Source: a virus (taxonomy: Duplodnaviria > Caudoviricetes). Taken from it: 64,000 bases of DNA. Under the pieces are notes generated by a model. That model saw nothing but the letters and a program-made list of their open reading frames with translations, was not told the origin of the DNA and made no database searches. A program made the position numbers and the translations under genes. The DNA lies in the IMG/VR virus record IMGVR_UViG_3300031867_000009, positions 71,307 through 135,306 of that record, one strand, 5' to 3'. Below, piece by piece: positions 1 to 10,766 of the stretch; the stretch's first letter is position 1, and the number at the start of each line of letters is the position of its first letter.

Positions 1-2
1 TA

Positions 3-179
3 TCTCAAGAAGATACACTTAAATTTCATTTTTATCCAGCGGCAAAGAAAAATATCGCAGTAATTCAAATACGCATATTAACCACAGATGGTGAAGCTTT
101 TGCATCTATGCCGATTAATGAGCGTATTTTTGGTGTGTTACATGATGGAATAATTCCAGACGAGGAAGAAGATGAATAG
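3..179 (+). CDS. Partial (5'-truncated) tail/baseplate-associated protein
   Basis: Open frame from the window edge (SQEDTLKF...IQIRILTTDGEAFAS...) ending TAG at 179; lies in the tail module. Confidence 0.6.
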   Translation, partial: SQEDTLKFHFYPAAKKNIAVIQIRILTTDGEAFASMPINERIFGVLHDGIIPDEEEDE

Positions 180-363
180 TGCAGATAGAAGTTTTAAAGT
201 ACAATTTAATAGTTCCAATAATTCTTACTCTAAACTCAAATTTAATCGTACTTCAAATAACTTTAAGCCAAAAGCTGAAGTTAGTCCTACTGAACAAGAT
301 ATATACTATGATGAAATAATTTATTATGATGGAGGAGATGTGTACGGATATGGCGATAGTTAG
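172..363 (+). CDS. Small hypothetical virion-module protein
   Basis: Overlaps both neighbouring ORFs; C-terminal YDEIIYYDGG. Confidence 0.55.
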   Translation: MNSADRSFKVQFNSSNNSYSKLKFNRTSNNFKPKAEVSPTEQDIYYDEIIYYDGGDVYGYGDS

Positions 364-673
364 AAAGCATGTAAAAGCAATTATACAACTGCGCCGCGCC
401 ACTGAGCCAGAATGGATTGAGGTAGACCCTATTCTGCGCGTAGGCGAACCGGCGCTCTCGACGGATGTCTATAAGTTAAAAATAGGTAATGGACATGACC
501 ACTGGTCTGAAATTCCTTATCTATTACAAACCGAATATGAAGAAATTATGGAACTTATAGAACATGGTATGTATGATGCAGGTAATGGAATTACTTTAGA
601 TGATAGAGTAATTGCATTAGATGATTTAGTTCTTAATTGTGGCACAAGTACCACAAATATTTGGGAGGTATAA
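350..673 (+). CDS. Tail fibre-associated protein with Mtd N-terminal-like domain
   Basis: IQLRRATEPEW..DPIL..GEP....D...LKIGNG...W..IPY pattern; start moved to the ATG at 350 after GGAGGAG. Confidence 0.7.
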   Translation: MAIVRKHVKAIIQLRRATEPEWIEVDPILRVGEPALSTDVYKLKIGNGHDHWSEIPYLLQTEYEEIMELIEHGMYDAGNGITLDDRVIALDDLVLNCGTSTTNIWEV

Positions 674-674
674 T

Positions 675-1067
675 ATGAGTGCTACAGTTAATACACGAAT
701 ACAGATTAAACATGATACTACGGAAAATTGGAATAACGCAGTAGGTTTTATTCCTCTTCCTGGTGAAATCATTGTATATGATGATTATGAAGTTAAAACA
801 TATACAGTTGAAGAGTATGGTGAGACAGTTACAAAAACAGCATCAATTCCAAATGTAAAAGTTGGAACAGGAAATGCTTATGTACAAGATTTAGCTTTTG
901 TTGATGAAAAAACAAGAGATATATTAATGACTCATATACAAAATCATGATATACATGTAACTTTACAAGAAAAAGTTTTTTGGAATAATAAAATTAACGT
1001 TGATGACGCAGAAGAACAAATATCTGGCGAGTTAGAAGATGAGACGTTAATTCTAAATAGGAATTAA
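675..1067 (+). CDS. Tail fibre-associated protein, second Mtd-N-like domain
   Basis: RIQIKHDTTENW....FIPLPGEIIVY...KVGTG...VQDLAF; GGAGGT RBS before ATG 675. Confidence 0.7.
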   Translation: MSATVNTRIQIKHDTTENWNNAVGFIPLPGEIIVYDDYEVKTYTVEEYGETVTKTASIPNVKVGTGNAYVQDLAFVDEKTRDILMTHIQNHDIHVTLQEKVFWNNKINVDDAEEQISGELEDETLILNRN

Positions 1068-1078
1068 GGAGAGAAAGA

Positions 1079-2545
1079 ATGGCAGATATAAGTAAAATAA
1101 CATTACCTTCTGGTAATACTTATGAAATTAAAGACGCCGTAGCTCGTCAGATGATTAGTGGCGGTGTATCATTTATCATTGCTTGGGATGGTACTGCTGC
1201 ACCAGTGGTAGCTAATATACCAGAAGGAGTAGTTATAACCTATAATGGTACTACTTATACTGGTACATTAACAGCCGAAACTAGTGGTACAGACCCGCAC
1301 GCACAAGCTGGAGCGTTTTATTTGGTAAAATCTAGTACAGAACCAAGTTCAGAAACTCTTGACATTTATGATGAATATGTTCCAGTTGGTACAACTGGAA
1401 GTAAATTCTGGGAAAAAATTGGTGATACCCAAATTAATTTATCTGATGTGGTCACTGGAGTTGTTTTGAATAAACAAACAGATGTAGTACTTGGAGAGGC
1501 TACTACTTTTACAAATTCATCATCATCTGTTACTTTCAGCGGTGGTACTACTGACAAAGTACTTGGTGAAGCTACCACTTTTACAGTTAGTACACCAACT
1601 ATTACAGTTACTCCATCAACTACTAATATTAAAGCCACAGCTAGTGGGACAGCTGTTGGGGCCAATGGTACGGCCGCAGCGGTAACTGGGTATCCAAATA
1701 CGACAAGTGATACTTTTGTTAAATCAGTTACAGCAGAAACGGGTAAAAATTTAGTTACAACAAGTATCGTTCCTACTAATGGAACAGAAAGTGTTTCAAA
1801 AGTTACAAAAACAGCTAGTAAATTAGTTACTACTACAATTCCTAATGTAACAGGAAATACTGCGGTTACAATTCCTAATGTTACAAGTAATACAAGTGTT
1901 ACTGCAAATAAATCTACTTGGAGTTTTACAATGGGTTCTGGCGATGCATCAGAAACATTAATTATCGGTGGAGGAAATGGAAGTGATGTTACTGCCACTA
2001 ATACTGGTCTAGGAACGGCACTTTCAGCTTCAAAAGTAACTTTAGGTACTGCAATTACCGCAGCTACTGGTGCAGTTGCTTCAACCGGTACTGGTAGTGA
2101 TATTATAACCGCAGTAACAATAAGCGATAAAACTGTGGCTAAAGTTGGAACTGCAGTTACTGTTGCAACTGGTGCAACAGATGAAAATGGTACAGGTGAT
2201 GCAGTTGTTACTGGTGTAACAGTTGGCACTTCTGGTAGTGCTCTTACCGGTCTTGGAACCCCATCAACAGCTACTGCACTTACTGGTGTTAAAGTTACTA
2301 CACAACCTACGGTTAGTCTTGCAACTGGTGCTACCGCAGGTACTGGAGTGGTTAGTGTTGCAACTGGAATTAGTTCTGCTAGTTCAACTCAACCATCAGT
2401 TACTGTTGGAACAAATGATAAAGTTACTGCTGTTACTGGTATTGGAACTGGTACAGCTGCAGCTCAAACAATTACTGTTGGAACAAATGATAAGGTTACT
2501 GCTCTTAAGAGCGACACAAGTCTTACAGTAAACAAAGGTAACTAA
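1079..2545 (+). CDS. Thr/Gly/Val-rich tail fibre or collar fibre protein
   Basis: 488 aa with internal repeats (VLGEATTFT x2, TVGTNDKVTA x2); N-terminus paralogous to the next gene. Confidence 0.75.
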   Translation: MADISKITLPSGNTYEIKDAVARQMISGGVSFIIAWDGTAAPVVANIPEGVVITYNGTTYTGTLTAETSGTDPHAQAGAFYLVKSSTEPSSETLDIYDEYVPVGTTGSKFWEKIGDTQINLSDVVTGVVLNKQTDVVLGEATTFTNSSSSVTFSGGTTDKVLGEATTFTVSTPTITVTPSTTNIKATASGTAVGANGTAAAVTGYPNTTSDTFVKSVTAETGKNLVTTSIVPTNGTESVSKVTKTASKLVTTTIPNVTGNTAVTIPNVTSNTSVTANKSTWSFTMGSGDASETLIIGGGNGSDVTATNTGLGTALSASKVTLGTAITAATGAVASTGTGSDIITAVTISDKTVAKVGTAVTVATGATDENGTGDAVVTGVTVGTSGSALTGLGTPSTATALTGVKVTTQPTVSLATGATAGTGVVSVATGISSASSTQPSVTVGTNDKVTAVTGIGTGTAAAQTITVGTNDKVTALKSDTSLTVNKGN

Positions 2546-2558
2546 GGAGGTGATTTAA

Positions 2559-3947
2559 ATGGCAAATATTAGTGCTATTAAATTACCTAGTGGAAATACT
2601 TATAATATAAAAGATAGTATTAGCGGATATACGACTAATACTGGTACTATTACGAAAGTACAAACTACGGCGGGCGCCCACACAACAATTAATGTGTCTA
2701 GTGGCGCCGCCACATTTAATGTTCCGACAAAGACAAGTCATTTGACGAATGATAGTGGTTTTTTAACTTCACATCAAGATATTAGTGGAAAAGCTGATAA
2801 AGCTACAACCTTAGCTGGTTATGGAATTACTGATGCTAAAATTGCAAGTGGCACGATAACTCTTGGAAATAATACAATAACTCCACTTACAAGTTCATCT
2901 ACACTTAGTGCAGCTAAATTAAGTGGGGTAATTCCAAGTGCAGTTACCGCGACTACTCAGGCGGCATCAGATAATTCTACAAAAATTGCTACGACTGCAT
3001 TTGTTTCAAGTGCAATTAGTGGTTTACCAACTCCAATGCAATTTATTGGTACAGTTGGTACAAATGGAACAACCACCTGGGCTAATTTGCCGGCAGCGTC
3101 TGGACATAATGGATATACATATAAGGTTATAACTGCACACACCGCAGAAACTGGTAAACCAGCCGCAGATGTGGGAGATGCTCTTATCTCCAATGGTACT
3201 GAATGGATTGTTATACCTGCTGGTGATGAAACAGCTACTCAAAGTGCTGCAACTGGTATATCAATTGCAAACCATGGAACCGGTACAGTTATAGGTGTTC
3301 AATCAACAACAACTTCGGTAACTGGTGTTAGTGGTTCAGTTACCGGTTCTCATGTTAAAAGTGGTGGTAATGGAACAGCACCGACACTTGGAGGCAAAAT
3401 TCCAACAGTTAGCGCTTCTGATGTAACAGTTCCAATTAAAAACACAAGTGCAACGACGGTTCCAATTAAAAATACAAGTGCTACATCTATACCTAATGTT
3501 ACAAGTGTAGGAAGTGCTTCGACTTGGGCTTTTACTTCAAAAACTGTTGTAACAGATATTACTTTTGCAATGGATACCACAGATACTAAAAAATTAAAAA
3601 TTACTAAATCAACCGATACGGTTTATTCTAAATCTAGTGGTGCCAATGGAACGGCTCCAACACTTGGTACAGCAATTTCTATTATTGGTGTTCAATCAAG
3701 TACAACTTCAGTCACCGGAGTACAGTCAAGCACAACTACTGCTTCTAAAGTTACGGTTGGAACTTCAAACACTGATTATGCAGTAACTTCTGCTGGTAGT
3801 GCTTCTAATTGGGTATTTGAAAATGTTACAGTACCAAAAGCTGCAGCGAGTGCAACAACTGTTCCAATTAAAAATTCAAGTGCATCTACATTCGTAACTG
3901 GTACAACACATACTATTACAGACAATGGACATACACATACAATTTAA
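2559..3947 (+). CDS. Tail fibre protein
   Basis: Fibre motifs TTLAGYGITDA, DNSTKIATTAFV and PTKTSHLTNDSGF; TVPIKN repeats. Confidence 0.8.
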   Translation: MANISAIKLPSGNTYNIKDSISGYTTNTGTITKVQTTAGAHTTINVSSGAATFNVPTKTSHLTNDSGFLTSHQDISGKADKATTLAGYGITDAKIASGTITLGNNTITPLTSSSTLSAAKLSGVIPSAVTATTQAASDNSTKIATTAFVSSAISGLPTPMQFIGTVGTNGTTTWANLPAASGHNGYTYKVITAHTAETGKPAADVGDALISNGTEWIVIPAGDETATQSAATGISIANHGTGTVIGVQSTTTSVTGVSGSVTGSHVKSGGNGTAPTLGGKIPTVSASDVTVPIKNTSATTVPIKNTSATSIPNVTSVGSASTWAFTSKTVVTDITFAMDTTDTKKLKITKSTDTVYSKSSGANGTAPTLGTAISIIGVQSSTTSVTGVQSSTTTASKVTVGTSNTDYAVTSAGSASNWVFENVTVPKAAASATTVPIKNSSASTFVTGTTHTITDNGHTHTI

Positions 3948-3953
3948 TAACTT

Positions 3954-3991
3954 GCTATACGTATATGCGCGGCCGCGCATATACGTATAGC
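3954..3991. repeat. Perfect 38-bp palindrome
   Basis: GCTATACGTATATGCGCGG|CCGCGCATATACGTATAGC is self-complementary over its whole length. Confidence 0.95.
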
Positions 3992-4024
3992 GTATACATA
4001 TATAAAACTATGAGGAGAAGATAA

Positions 4025-4351
4025 ATGCTTTATATCGACGAAGAACAAAACATAACACTTACAAGGGGAGATACTGGTATCTTCAACATTTCCCTTCAAA
4101 ATCAAAAAGGCAAAGCATATACTCCTCAACAAGGAGATAGCCTTCAATTTGCCTTAAGTGAAGGATATGGTAAAACACCTCTCCTTATTAAACAAATACC
4201 AATTGATACTTGTATTTTAGAACTTGAACCGAATGATACTAAATCTTTAAAATTTAAACGGTATAAATATGATGTTCAATTCACAAGTGCGGAAGGACAA
4301 GTATCAACTATTATTTTAGGTGATTTCATAGTAGATAATGAGGTAGGATAA
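4025..4351 (+). CDS. BppU N-terminal-like baseplate/fibre adaptor protein
   Basis: ITLTRGDT...LEPNDTKSL....YKYDVQF pattern. Confidence 0.65.
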   Translation: MLYIDEEQNITLTRGDTGIFNISLQNQKGKAYTPQQGDSLQFALSEGYGKTPLLIKQIPIDTCILELEPNDTKSLKFKRYKYDVQFTSAEGQVSTIILGDFIVDNEVG

Positions 4352-4629
4352 TGATTATCAACGGAATAGGTGAACTAAAAGGTACTATTACTGCACCTGC
4401 CTGCCTTGTTGGTAAAATTTCCGGAAATAGTAACAACCTTGGAGGGGTTATAACTTTCTCTGATGGAATTGCCACCTATTCTGGAGATTATATAATAACT
4501 CCTAAGGTGCAGCCACAAACAATGAATACAAAAAATAAAAAAATGGAAGCAAATGTTACGGTTTTAGCTATTCCGTATTATGAAACTTCCAACCTTAAAG
4601 GTAAAACAGTTTATATTGGAGGGGAATAA
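4351..4629 (+). CDS. Tail-associated small protein
   Basis: YSGDYIITPK...NVTVLAIPYYETSN..GKTVYIG; stop/start coupled to neighbours. Confidence 0.7.
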   Translation: MIINGIGELKGTITAPACLVGKISGNSNNLGGVITFSDGIATYSGDYIITPKVQPQTMNTKNKKMEANVTVLAIPYYETSNLKGKTVYIGGE

Positions 4630-5222
4630 TGGCTAATAATGAATATATTAATAAAGTCATATATGGTGGTAATACATTAATTGATTTAACAAGTGATACT
4701 GTTACTGCCGATAAAATCTTAAGTGGTTATACAGCTCACGCAGCATCTGGTGCGCCTATTACTGGTACTTGTGCATTTGATGCAGATACTTCTGATGCAA
4801 CAGCTGCAGTTGCAGAAGTTTTAACTAGTAAAACTTTTTATAAGAATGGGGATAAACTTACTGGTACAATGCCTAACCGTGGCGCAGTAACTGGTACTAT
4901 TTCAACTGTGTCTGGGAGTTATACTATTCCAAATGGTTATCATGATGGTTCTGGTACTGTTGGTATTAGTTCAACTGAACAAGCAAAAATTATTGCTGAA
5001 AATATTAGACAGGGTGTTGAAATTCTTGGCGTAACTGGTACGATGAGTGGTTCTGAAGATGTAAACGCACAGAGCAAAACAGTTACTCCTACTATAGCAT
5101 CTCAAACAGTTACTCCAGATACAGGTTATAACTATTTATCTCAAGTTACAGTTAATGCAATTCCTTATACAGAAACAGATAATGCCGCAGGTGGTAAAAC
5201 AGTAACTATTGCTGCTGCATAG
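4629..5222 (+). CDS. Tail fibre-associated protein
   Basis: NKVIYGGNTLIDLTSDTVT, TGTMPNRGA, YTIPNGYHDGSG and QTVTPDTGYNYLSQVTV motifs. Confidence 0.75.
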   Translation: MANNEYINKVIYGGNTLIDLTSDTVTADKILSGYTAHAASGAPITGTCAFDADTSDATAAVAEVLTSKTFYKNGDKLTGTMPNRGAVTGTISTVSGSYTIPNGYHDGSGTVGISSTEQAKIIAENIRQGVEILGVTGTMSGSEDVNAQSKTVTPTIASQTVTPDTGYNYLSQVTVNAIPYTETDNAAGGKTVTIAAA

Positions 5223-5233
5223 GAGGTAAACTT

Positions 5234-6154
5234 ATGGCTGAGAATCCACATGTTAATAAAGTAGTATATGGGGATACAACGCTGATGGATATTTCAGATA
5301 CAACAGCTGAACAGTCTGATGTTTTACAAGGAAAATATTTTTATAATGCTAGCGGTGCCAAAGTTCAAGGCACCGCTATTACTGGCATTTCAGATGTTAA
5401 GGTAGATGGAACTTCTGTTGTTAGTGGTGGAATTGCTGTAATTGACTTAACAGGAAAAGCAAATGCTTCACATACTCATACTACAATTGATATAACAGAT
5501 TTTCCAGAGCTGGCTACTGTAGCTACCTCTGGAGATTATAATGATTTAACAAATACTCCAACTGCTTTTGTAGGTACAGATGGGACGACTGCGGGCACGG
5601 TAGGTCTTGTTCCTGCGCCAGCTACAACTGATGCAACTAAATTTTTAAATGCTGATGGTAATTGGGAATTTGCAATGACTACAATGGTTATTGCTAGATA
5701 TGGAATAACTACTTTTGCAGAAATATTAGATGCTTATAAAAAAGGTTGGATAATTTACACTCGCGCGTCAAGTAATTCCAATCCGGCAACCGGTTCTCAA
5801 ACCAGACTTGCTTTTATGGCTTATGTTAATAATGCAGATAATCCAACAGAAATCGAATTTCAGTATTACAGGTCTATGTCGAGTCATACTGATACTTCGC
5901 AAGGCGACCAAGTTTATATTTATAAGATAAATAAGACTGGTGGTTGGTCTGTTACTGTAAGAGAAGCTGCTACTAGATTAATACCAAGCACTGGTTTGAC
6001 TCACACTTTTGTTACTGGAATTAAATCGACAAATACGGTTAAAGTAAATCTTAACTCAGAAACTTCATTAGGTACAATAGGTACAACAGAAGGATTATAT
6101 CCAATTGGTGTTGATTCGAATGGACAGCTGTGTGTATTAATATCTAATGAATAA
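5234..6154 (+). CDS. Tail fibre protein
   Basis: N-terminus paralogous to the previous gene; HTH...ITDFP, LATVATSGDYNDL, GLVPAP and FLNADGNW fibre motifs. Confidence 0.75.
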   Translation: MAENPHVNKVVYGDTTLMDISDTTAEQSDVLQGKYFYNASGAKVQGTAITGISDVKVDGTSVVSGGIAVIDLTGKANASHTHTTIDITDFPELATVATSGDYNDLTNTPTAFVGTDGTTAGTVGLVPAPATTDATKFLNADGNWEFAMTTMVIARYGITTFAEILDAYKKGWIIYTRASSNSNPATGSQTRLAFMAYVNNADNPTEIEFQYYRSMSSHTDTSQGDQVYIYKINKTGGWSVTVREAATRLIPSTGLTHTFVTGIKSTNTVKVNLNSETSLGTIGTTEGLYPIGVDSNGQLCVLISNE

Positions 6155-6210
6155 AAATTTTAGTGGTATTTATGAACTTAATTGATAAATTATATTGAGG
6201 AGATTTTTCA

Positions 6211-7905
6211 ATGGCGACATATACATTTGATAAAATCGATTATGGTGGTAATACTTATGTCGTTTCTGATAGCGGGGCATTACAGTTAACGGGTGGACAA
6301 GTAACTGGCCCCGTTACTTTTGGTGATTCGGTTTCTATTGATGAAGCTACTTTAGGAGATTTAGTAGTCAATGGAAGCGCGAGTTTTACTAATAATATAC
6401 AAGCAAATACAATTAATGGAGTAACTGTTGGAAGTTCTCCTAAATTTACAGATACAGATACAAAAGTAACATCTTCAGCTAATCACTATACGCCGGCTAC
6501 TGCATCCGGAAATGATAAGACTGCTTCAGCTTCTGGTGCTACTGCAGCGTGGAGCATTGATGTTGTTAAGGGGATTACTATTAATACAGATGGCAAGGGT
6601 CATATTACAGGGCTATCTGTTACTTCTGGAAAAATTCCAGCAAATCCGAATACAGATGTAAAAGTTAAACAACTTGCGGCAATTACTACTGCAGGAGCAT
6701 ATCCAATAATATTAGCTTATTCTACTGCCACTACTGAAGAAACTAATTCAGTCAATAAAACAAGTACTTTAACATATAATCCAAACACTAAAGCACTTGT
6801 TACTGGTGGTACAGTTGATGGATATACTTTAGCAGCAGCTAGTGCAAAATCAGTCGTAACTTCTATTGATACATCTGCAAGTTTACCAACATCTAATGCG
6901 GTTAAAACTTTTGTAGAAAACAAAGGTTATACAACTAATACTGGTACTGTGACAAAAGTTACTGCTGGTACTGGTTTATCAATTGGATCAACTGCAGGTG
7001 GTAATTTTACTACTACAGGTACAATTAATCATACAAATTCAGTTACAGCACAAACTACTCAAGCGGTATATCCAATTAAAATTGATGCACAAGGTCATAT
7101 TTCAGCATATGGTAGTGCAGTTACACCCTTAACCTCACATCAAACAATTAAACAAGATGGAGTCACCGGTGCAACTGGTAACCATTTTGGTACTTGTTCG
7201 GTTGCTGCAGGCACAGCCGCGAAAACTGTTTCAATAACTGCGGGTACTCCTACGTTAGAAGCTGGTTTACGAGTAACTGTTAAGTTTGCTAATGCAAATA
7301 CTGCGGGAACCCCAACTTTAAATGTTAATAGTTTGGGAGCTAAAAATATTTTCCATAAAGGTGCGCAAATTACAACAGGTGCGAATAAAGCTTTACTTGC
7401 TGGTACTGTTGAATTTGTATATGATGGTACTCAATGGCAATTAGTTGGAAATTATATAGATACAGATACTAAAGCATGGGGTAGTATTACTGGTAAGCCA
7501 ACTGCAACTGGTTCCAATACTACGGGTATTACTGCTTCTACAACAGCTACAAAAACAACACTTGGAACAGCAAATTCAATTTATGGGGTCGGTTCAACAA
7601 CTACAACTGCTTCAAAAGCAAGCGGTAGCAATGGAACCGCATCAAGTTGGACTTTTGCAGAACAAGTAGTTGTTGTAGGTATAGAAGGTTATATTGAAGA
7701 AAGTGAAGATACTTTAGTTATAGGTACTGCAGTCACTCGTATTCAATCTAAAACAGGCGGATCGAATGGTACTGCACCAACTTGGTCGTTTACTGATGTT
7801 ACCGTACCAATTAAAAATAGTTCAGCTACTTCAATTCCGAATGTATCTGTTGCTTCTGCCACTGTTTCAATTACAGATAATGGACATACTCATTCGATTA
7901 GTTAA
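6211..7905 (+). CDS. Tail fibre protein
   Basis: DGKGHIT/DAQGHIS repeats and a GLRVTVKFANANTA..PTLNVN..GAK.I...YDGTQWQL domain. Confidence 0.8.
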   Translation: MATYTFDKIDYGGNTYVVSDSGALQLTGGQVTGPVTFGDSVSIDEATLGDLVVNGSASFTNNIQANTINGVTVGSSPKFTDTDTKVTSSANHYTPATASGNDKTASASGATAAWSIDVVKGITINTDGKGHITGLSVTSGKIPANPNTDVKVKQLAAITTAGAYPIILAYSTATTEETNSVNKTSTLTYNPNTKALVTGGTVDGYTLAAASAKSVVTSIDTSASLPTSNAVKTFVENKGYTTNTGTVTKVTAGTGLSIGSTAGGNFTTTGTINHTNSVTAQTTQAVYPIKIDAQGHISAYGSAVTPLTSHQTIKQDGVTGATGNHFGTCSVAAGTAAKTVSITAGTPTLEAGLRVTVKFANANTAGTPTLNVNSLGAKNIFHKGAQITTGANKALLAGTVEFVYDGTQWQLVGNYIDTDTKAWGSITGKPTATGSNTTGITASTTATKTTLGTANSIYGVGSTTTTASKASGSNGTASSWTFAEQVVVVGIEGYIEESEDTLVIGTAVTRIQSKTGGSNGTAPTWSFTDVTVPIKNSSATSIPNVSVASATVSITDNGHTHSIS

Positions 7906-8022
7906 AAATTTGACATATACGTTAATTTATGATATATTTAATTTAGACAAATGTCTAAACGTACACGGCGGGCCGCCCGCCGGAGGCCGTATACGTTCAA
8001 CCTATAAATAAGGAGAATATGT

Positions 8023-8895
8023 ATGGCAACATATACTAGAATTAAAAAAATAAAAATTGGAGATAATATTTTTCAATTTTTTATGCCCTCAATAAAAGTA
8101 GATAATATTAATATTGCAAATTTTGATTATTATAATTTAAGTTTTGATGATAGTTTTACTTTGTCTTCAACAGCGGAATTAATTGGAGGCAATGATGAAT
8201 ATACTACAGGAACAACCACAATAGGTTTAAAACTTGGATATACAACAAGTGGAAATAATCGTGCTGTTCAAGCTGATTCAAATGGTAATTTATATGTAAC
8301 TCAGAAAGATGATAATTCAGATGAAAAAGTAAAATTAACTTCACAAGCTACTAGCGGTACTTATCCATTAATATTCGGCCCGACTTCTATTACTAGTAAC
8401 TCAACATATCAAGGATATTATAATACCGGAATTACAGTCAATCCTTCAACTAAAACAGTTACAGCTACTACATTTGTTGGTGCTTTAACTGGTACTGCAA
8501 GTGGTAATTTAACGTCAAGTTCTACTCTTAATGCAACTAAGTTAAGTGGTACAATTCCAACCAGTTGTTATACAAATACTAAAAATACAGCTGGAACTAC
8601 CAATAAAACTGGTACTAAAATGTTTTTAGTAGCCGCAACTGAGCAATCTACCAATCCAACAACCTATTCTAATTCTAATTGTTATATTGGTACAGATAAT
8701 TGTTTATATTCTGGAGGAACTAAAGTATTAACTGCCCATCAAACTGCGGTTACCTCACTTACAACAACAGCTGGTACACATACTACTAGAACTAATGCAA
8801 CTGGAGCTGTGGGTTTAACTATACCAACTAAAACCTCCCATTTAACCAATGATAGTGGATTTATTTCGACAGCGGCGCAAATTATACGTTGGTAG
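8023..8895 (+). CDS. Tail fibre-related protein
   Basis: Shares LTSSSTL.A.KLSG.IP and PTKTSHLTNDSGF modules with 2559-3947; has its own upstream promoter-like site near 7910-7938. Confidence 0.7.
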   Translation: MATYTRIKKIKIGDNIFQFFMPSIKVDNINIANFDYYNLSFDDSFTLSSTAELIGGNDEYTTGTTTIGLKLGYTTSGNNRAVQADSNGNLYVTQKDDNSDEKVKLTSQATSGTYPLIFGPTSITSNSTYQGYYNTGITVNPSTKTVTATTFVGALTGTASGNLTSSSTLNATKLSGTIPTSCYTNTKNTAGTTNKTGTKMFLVAATEQSTNPTTYSNSNCYIGTDNCLYSGGTKVLTAHQTAVTSLTTTAGTHTTRTNATGAVGLTIPTKTSHLTNDSGFISTAAQIIRW

Positions 8896-8963
8896 AAATT
8901 TGACTTATTAGGAAGTTTATGATATACTATATATAGTGAAAATTTTTTGTAGGAGATATAAGT

Positions 8964-9506
8964 ATGTATTTAGGTTCACATATGGTAAGTTGGCAAGGAT
9001 TATCAAGTCGAGATAGTTCTATATTAGAAGAAATTATAATGAGAACTATTAGTGGTTCTTATTATAATAGTAATATAACCACAATTAATGATGGTGCATT
9101 TTATGGTTGCTCTAATTTAACTTCAGTTAATTTACCAAATGTTACTTTTGTTGGTAATTATGCTTTTGGTTCTTGTTTAAATTTAACTACAGTTAATTTA
9201 CCTAAGGTTACATGGATTGCAAATTCTGCTTTTACTAGTTGTATTAATTTAAGTACAATTAAATTACCGCGGGTAACTACTATTCAAACCGGTGCTTTTA
9301 TATCTTGTTCAAATTTATTATCATTATATTTATTAGGTAATTCTATACCTAATTTAGATCTTAATGCTTTTTATTATACTCCTTTTTCATCAGATGCTTC
9401 AATTGAAGGAGTATATGGTAGTATTTATGTACCAGCATCACTTTATAATAATTATTTAATTACGAGTAATTGGTCAGATTATTCAGAACGAATTGTACCT
9501 ATATAA
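8964..9506 (+). CDS. BspA-type leucine-rich repeat protein
   Basis: Repeats of AF..C.NL..V.LP.VT.I; C-terminal cap SIYVPASLY..Y....NWS.Y..RI. Confidence 0.9.
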   Translation: MYLGSHMVSWQGLSSRDSSILEEIIMRTISGSYYNSNITTINDGAFYGCSNLTSVNLPNVTFVGNYAFGSCLNLTTVNLPKVTWIANSAFTSCINLSTIKLPRVTTIQTGAFISCSNLLSLYLLGNSIPNLDLNAFYYTPFSSDASIEGVYGSIYVPASLYNNYLITSNWSDYSERIVPI

Positions 9507-9518
9507 GAGGAGAAAATT

Positions 9519-10757
9519 ATGGGAGTTTATTTGGGTTCGAATTTTATTAATGATATTAATAATATAACCTATATAGATGAAAATTTTTTACAAGAAAATG
9601 CTTTTTTAAAAGGACAAATTTCATATTATGAAAATAATAGTATGGTTTCGGTTGGAGATTATACTTTTCGCGCACAGAAAAATTTGGTTTCTATTAATTT
9701 ACCAAATGTTACTTCTGTTGGAATATATGCTTTTTATTCTTGTAAGAGTTTAGAAACAATTAATATATCTTCTGCTACTACAATTGGTACACATGCTTTT
9801 ACTTCATGTACAAATTTAATTTCAATTAATTTACCAAAAGTTACTACTATTGGTACTTATGCTTTTTCAAGCTGTCAACAATTAACTTTAGTTGATATAC
9901 CCAAACTTTCTAGTGTTCCATTGGGAGCATTTGCTAATTGTAAACAATTAACTACTGTTAATTTACCTAGTGCAACTTCAATTGATACTTCTGCTTTTTC
10001 TGGATGTAATAGTTTAGCGGTAATTAGTATGTCAAAAGTTACATCAGTTTCTAGTTGCGCTTTTTATAGTTGTGAGAATTTAACTTCAGTTAATTTACCA
10101 AAAGTAACGACAATTGGATCTTCAGCTTTTTATCGATGTACAAAGTTAACTTCACTTAATATACCTAGTGTTCGCGCGATTTATCACGATGCTTTTCGCA
10201 ACTGTTTCTGTTTAACAAACCTTAATTTAAATTCTGCAAATATAATTTATGGAAGATGTAATTTAAAACAGAATCGTAGCTCGTTTTATGGAGCTTTTTA
10301 TTTGTGTTCAGGATTAGTTTCTATTAGTATCCCAAACGTAACAACTATACAATCAGTTGCTTTTGGATGTTGTTATAATTTAGCTACAGTTGATGGTCCA
10401 AATGTTAAAACTGTAGGAGGTTATTATTCATCTAGTACAGTTGGAAATTCAACTTATTATTTATATGGTGGGGCATTTATGTCATGTCATAATTTAACTA
10501 TGGTAAGTTTTCCAACATTATCAACTATTCAATCAGGAGCTTTCGCTTTTTGTTATAATTTATTATCAGTATATTTATTGGGTAGTTCTATAGTAAGTTT
10601 AACAGATACAAATGCTTTTCGTTCTACCCCAATATCAACTTATACGACTTCAACTGATGGAGTTCATGGGTCAATATATGTACCAGCATCATTATATGGA
10701 TACTATAAAACTTCAACTAATTGGTCAAGATATTCTGCTCGTTTTGTATCAGTATAG
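9519..10757 (+). CDS. BspA-type leucine-rich repeat protein
   Basis: More than ten AFxxCxxLxxxxxP repeats and the same C-terminal cap as the previous gene. Confidence 0.9.
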   Translation: MGVYLGSNFINDINNITYIDENFLQENAFLKGQISYYENNSMVSVGDYTFRAQKNLVSINLPNVTSVGIYAFYSCKSLETINISSATTIGTHAFTSCTNLISINLPKVTTIGTYAFSSCQQLTLVDIPKLSSVPLGAFANCKQLTTVNLPSATSIDTSAFSGCNSLAVISMSKVTSVSSCAFYSCENLTSVNLPKVTTIGSSAFYRCTKLTSLNIPSVRAIYHDAFRNCFCLTNLNLNSANIIYGRCNLKQNRSSFYGAFYLCSGLVSISIPNVTTIQSVAFGCCYNLATVDGPNVKTVGGYYSSSTVGNSTYYLYGGAFMSCHNLTMVSFPTLSTIQSGAFAFCYNLLSVYLLGSSIVSLTDTNAFRSTPISTYTTSTDGVHGSIYVPASLYGYYKTSTNWSRYSARFVSV

Positions 10758-10766
10758 GAGGTTTAA

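Noticed and set aside
1366-2229. 287-aa minus-strand ORF and similar shadow ORFs (2957-3193, 3350-3580, 6717-6923)
   Set aside because: Antisense shadows of Thr/Val/Gly-rich fibre genes with biased codons; no RBS or promoter.
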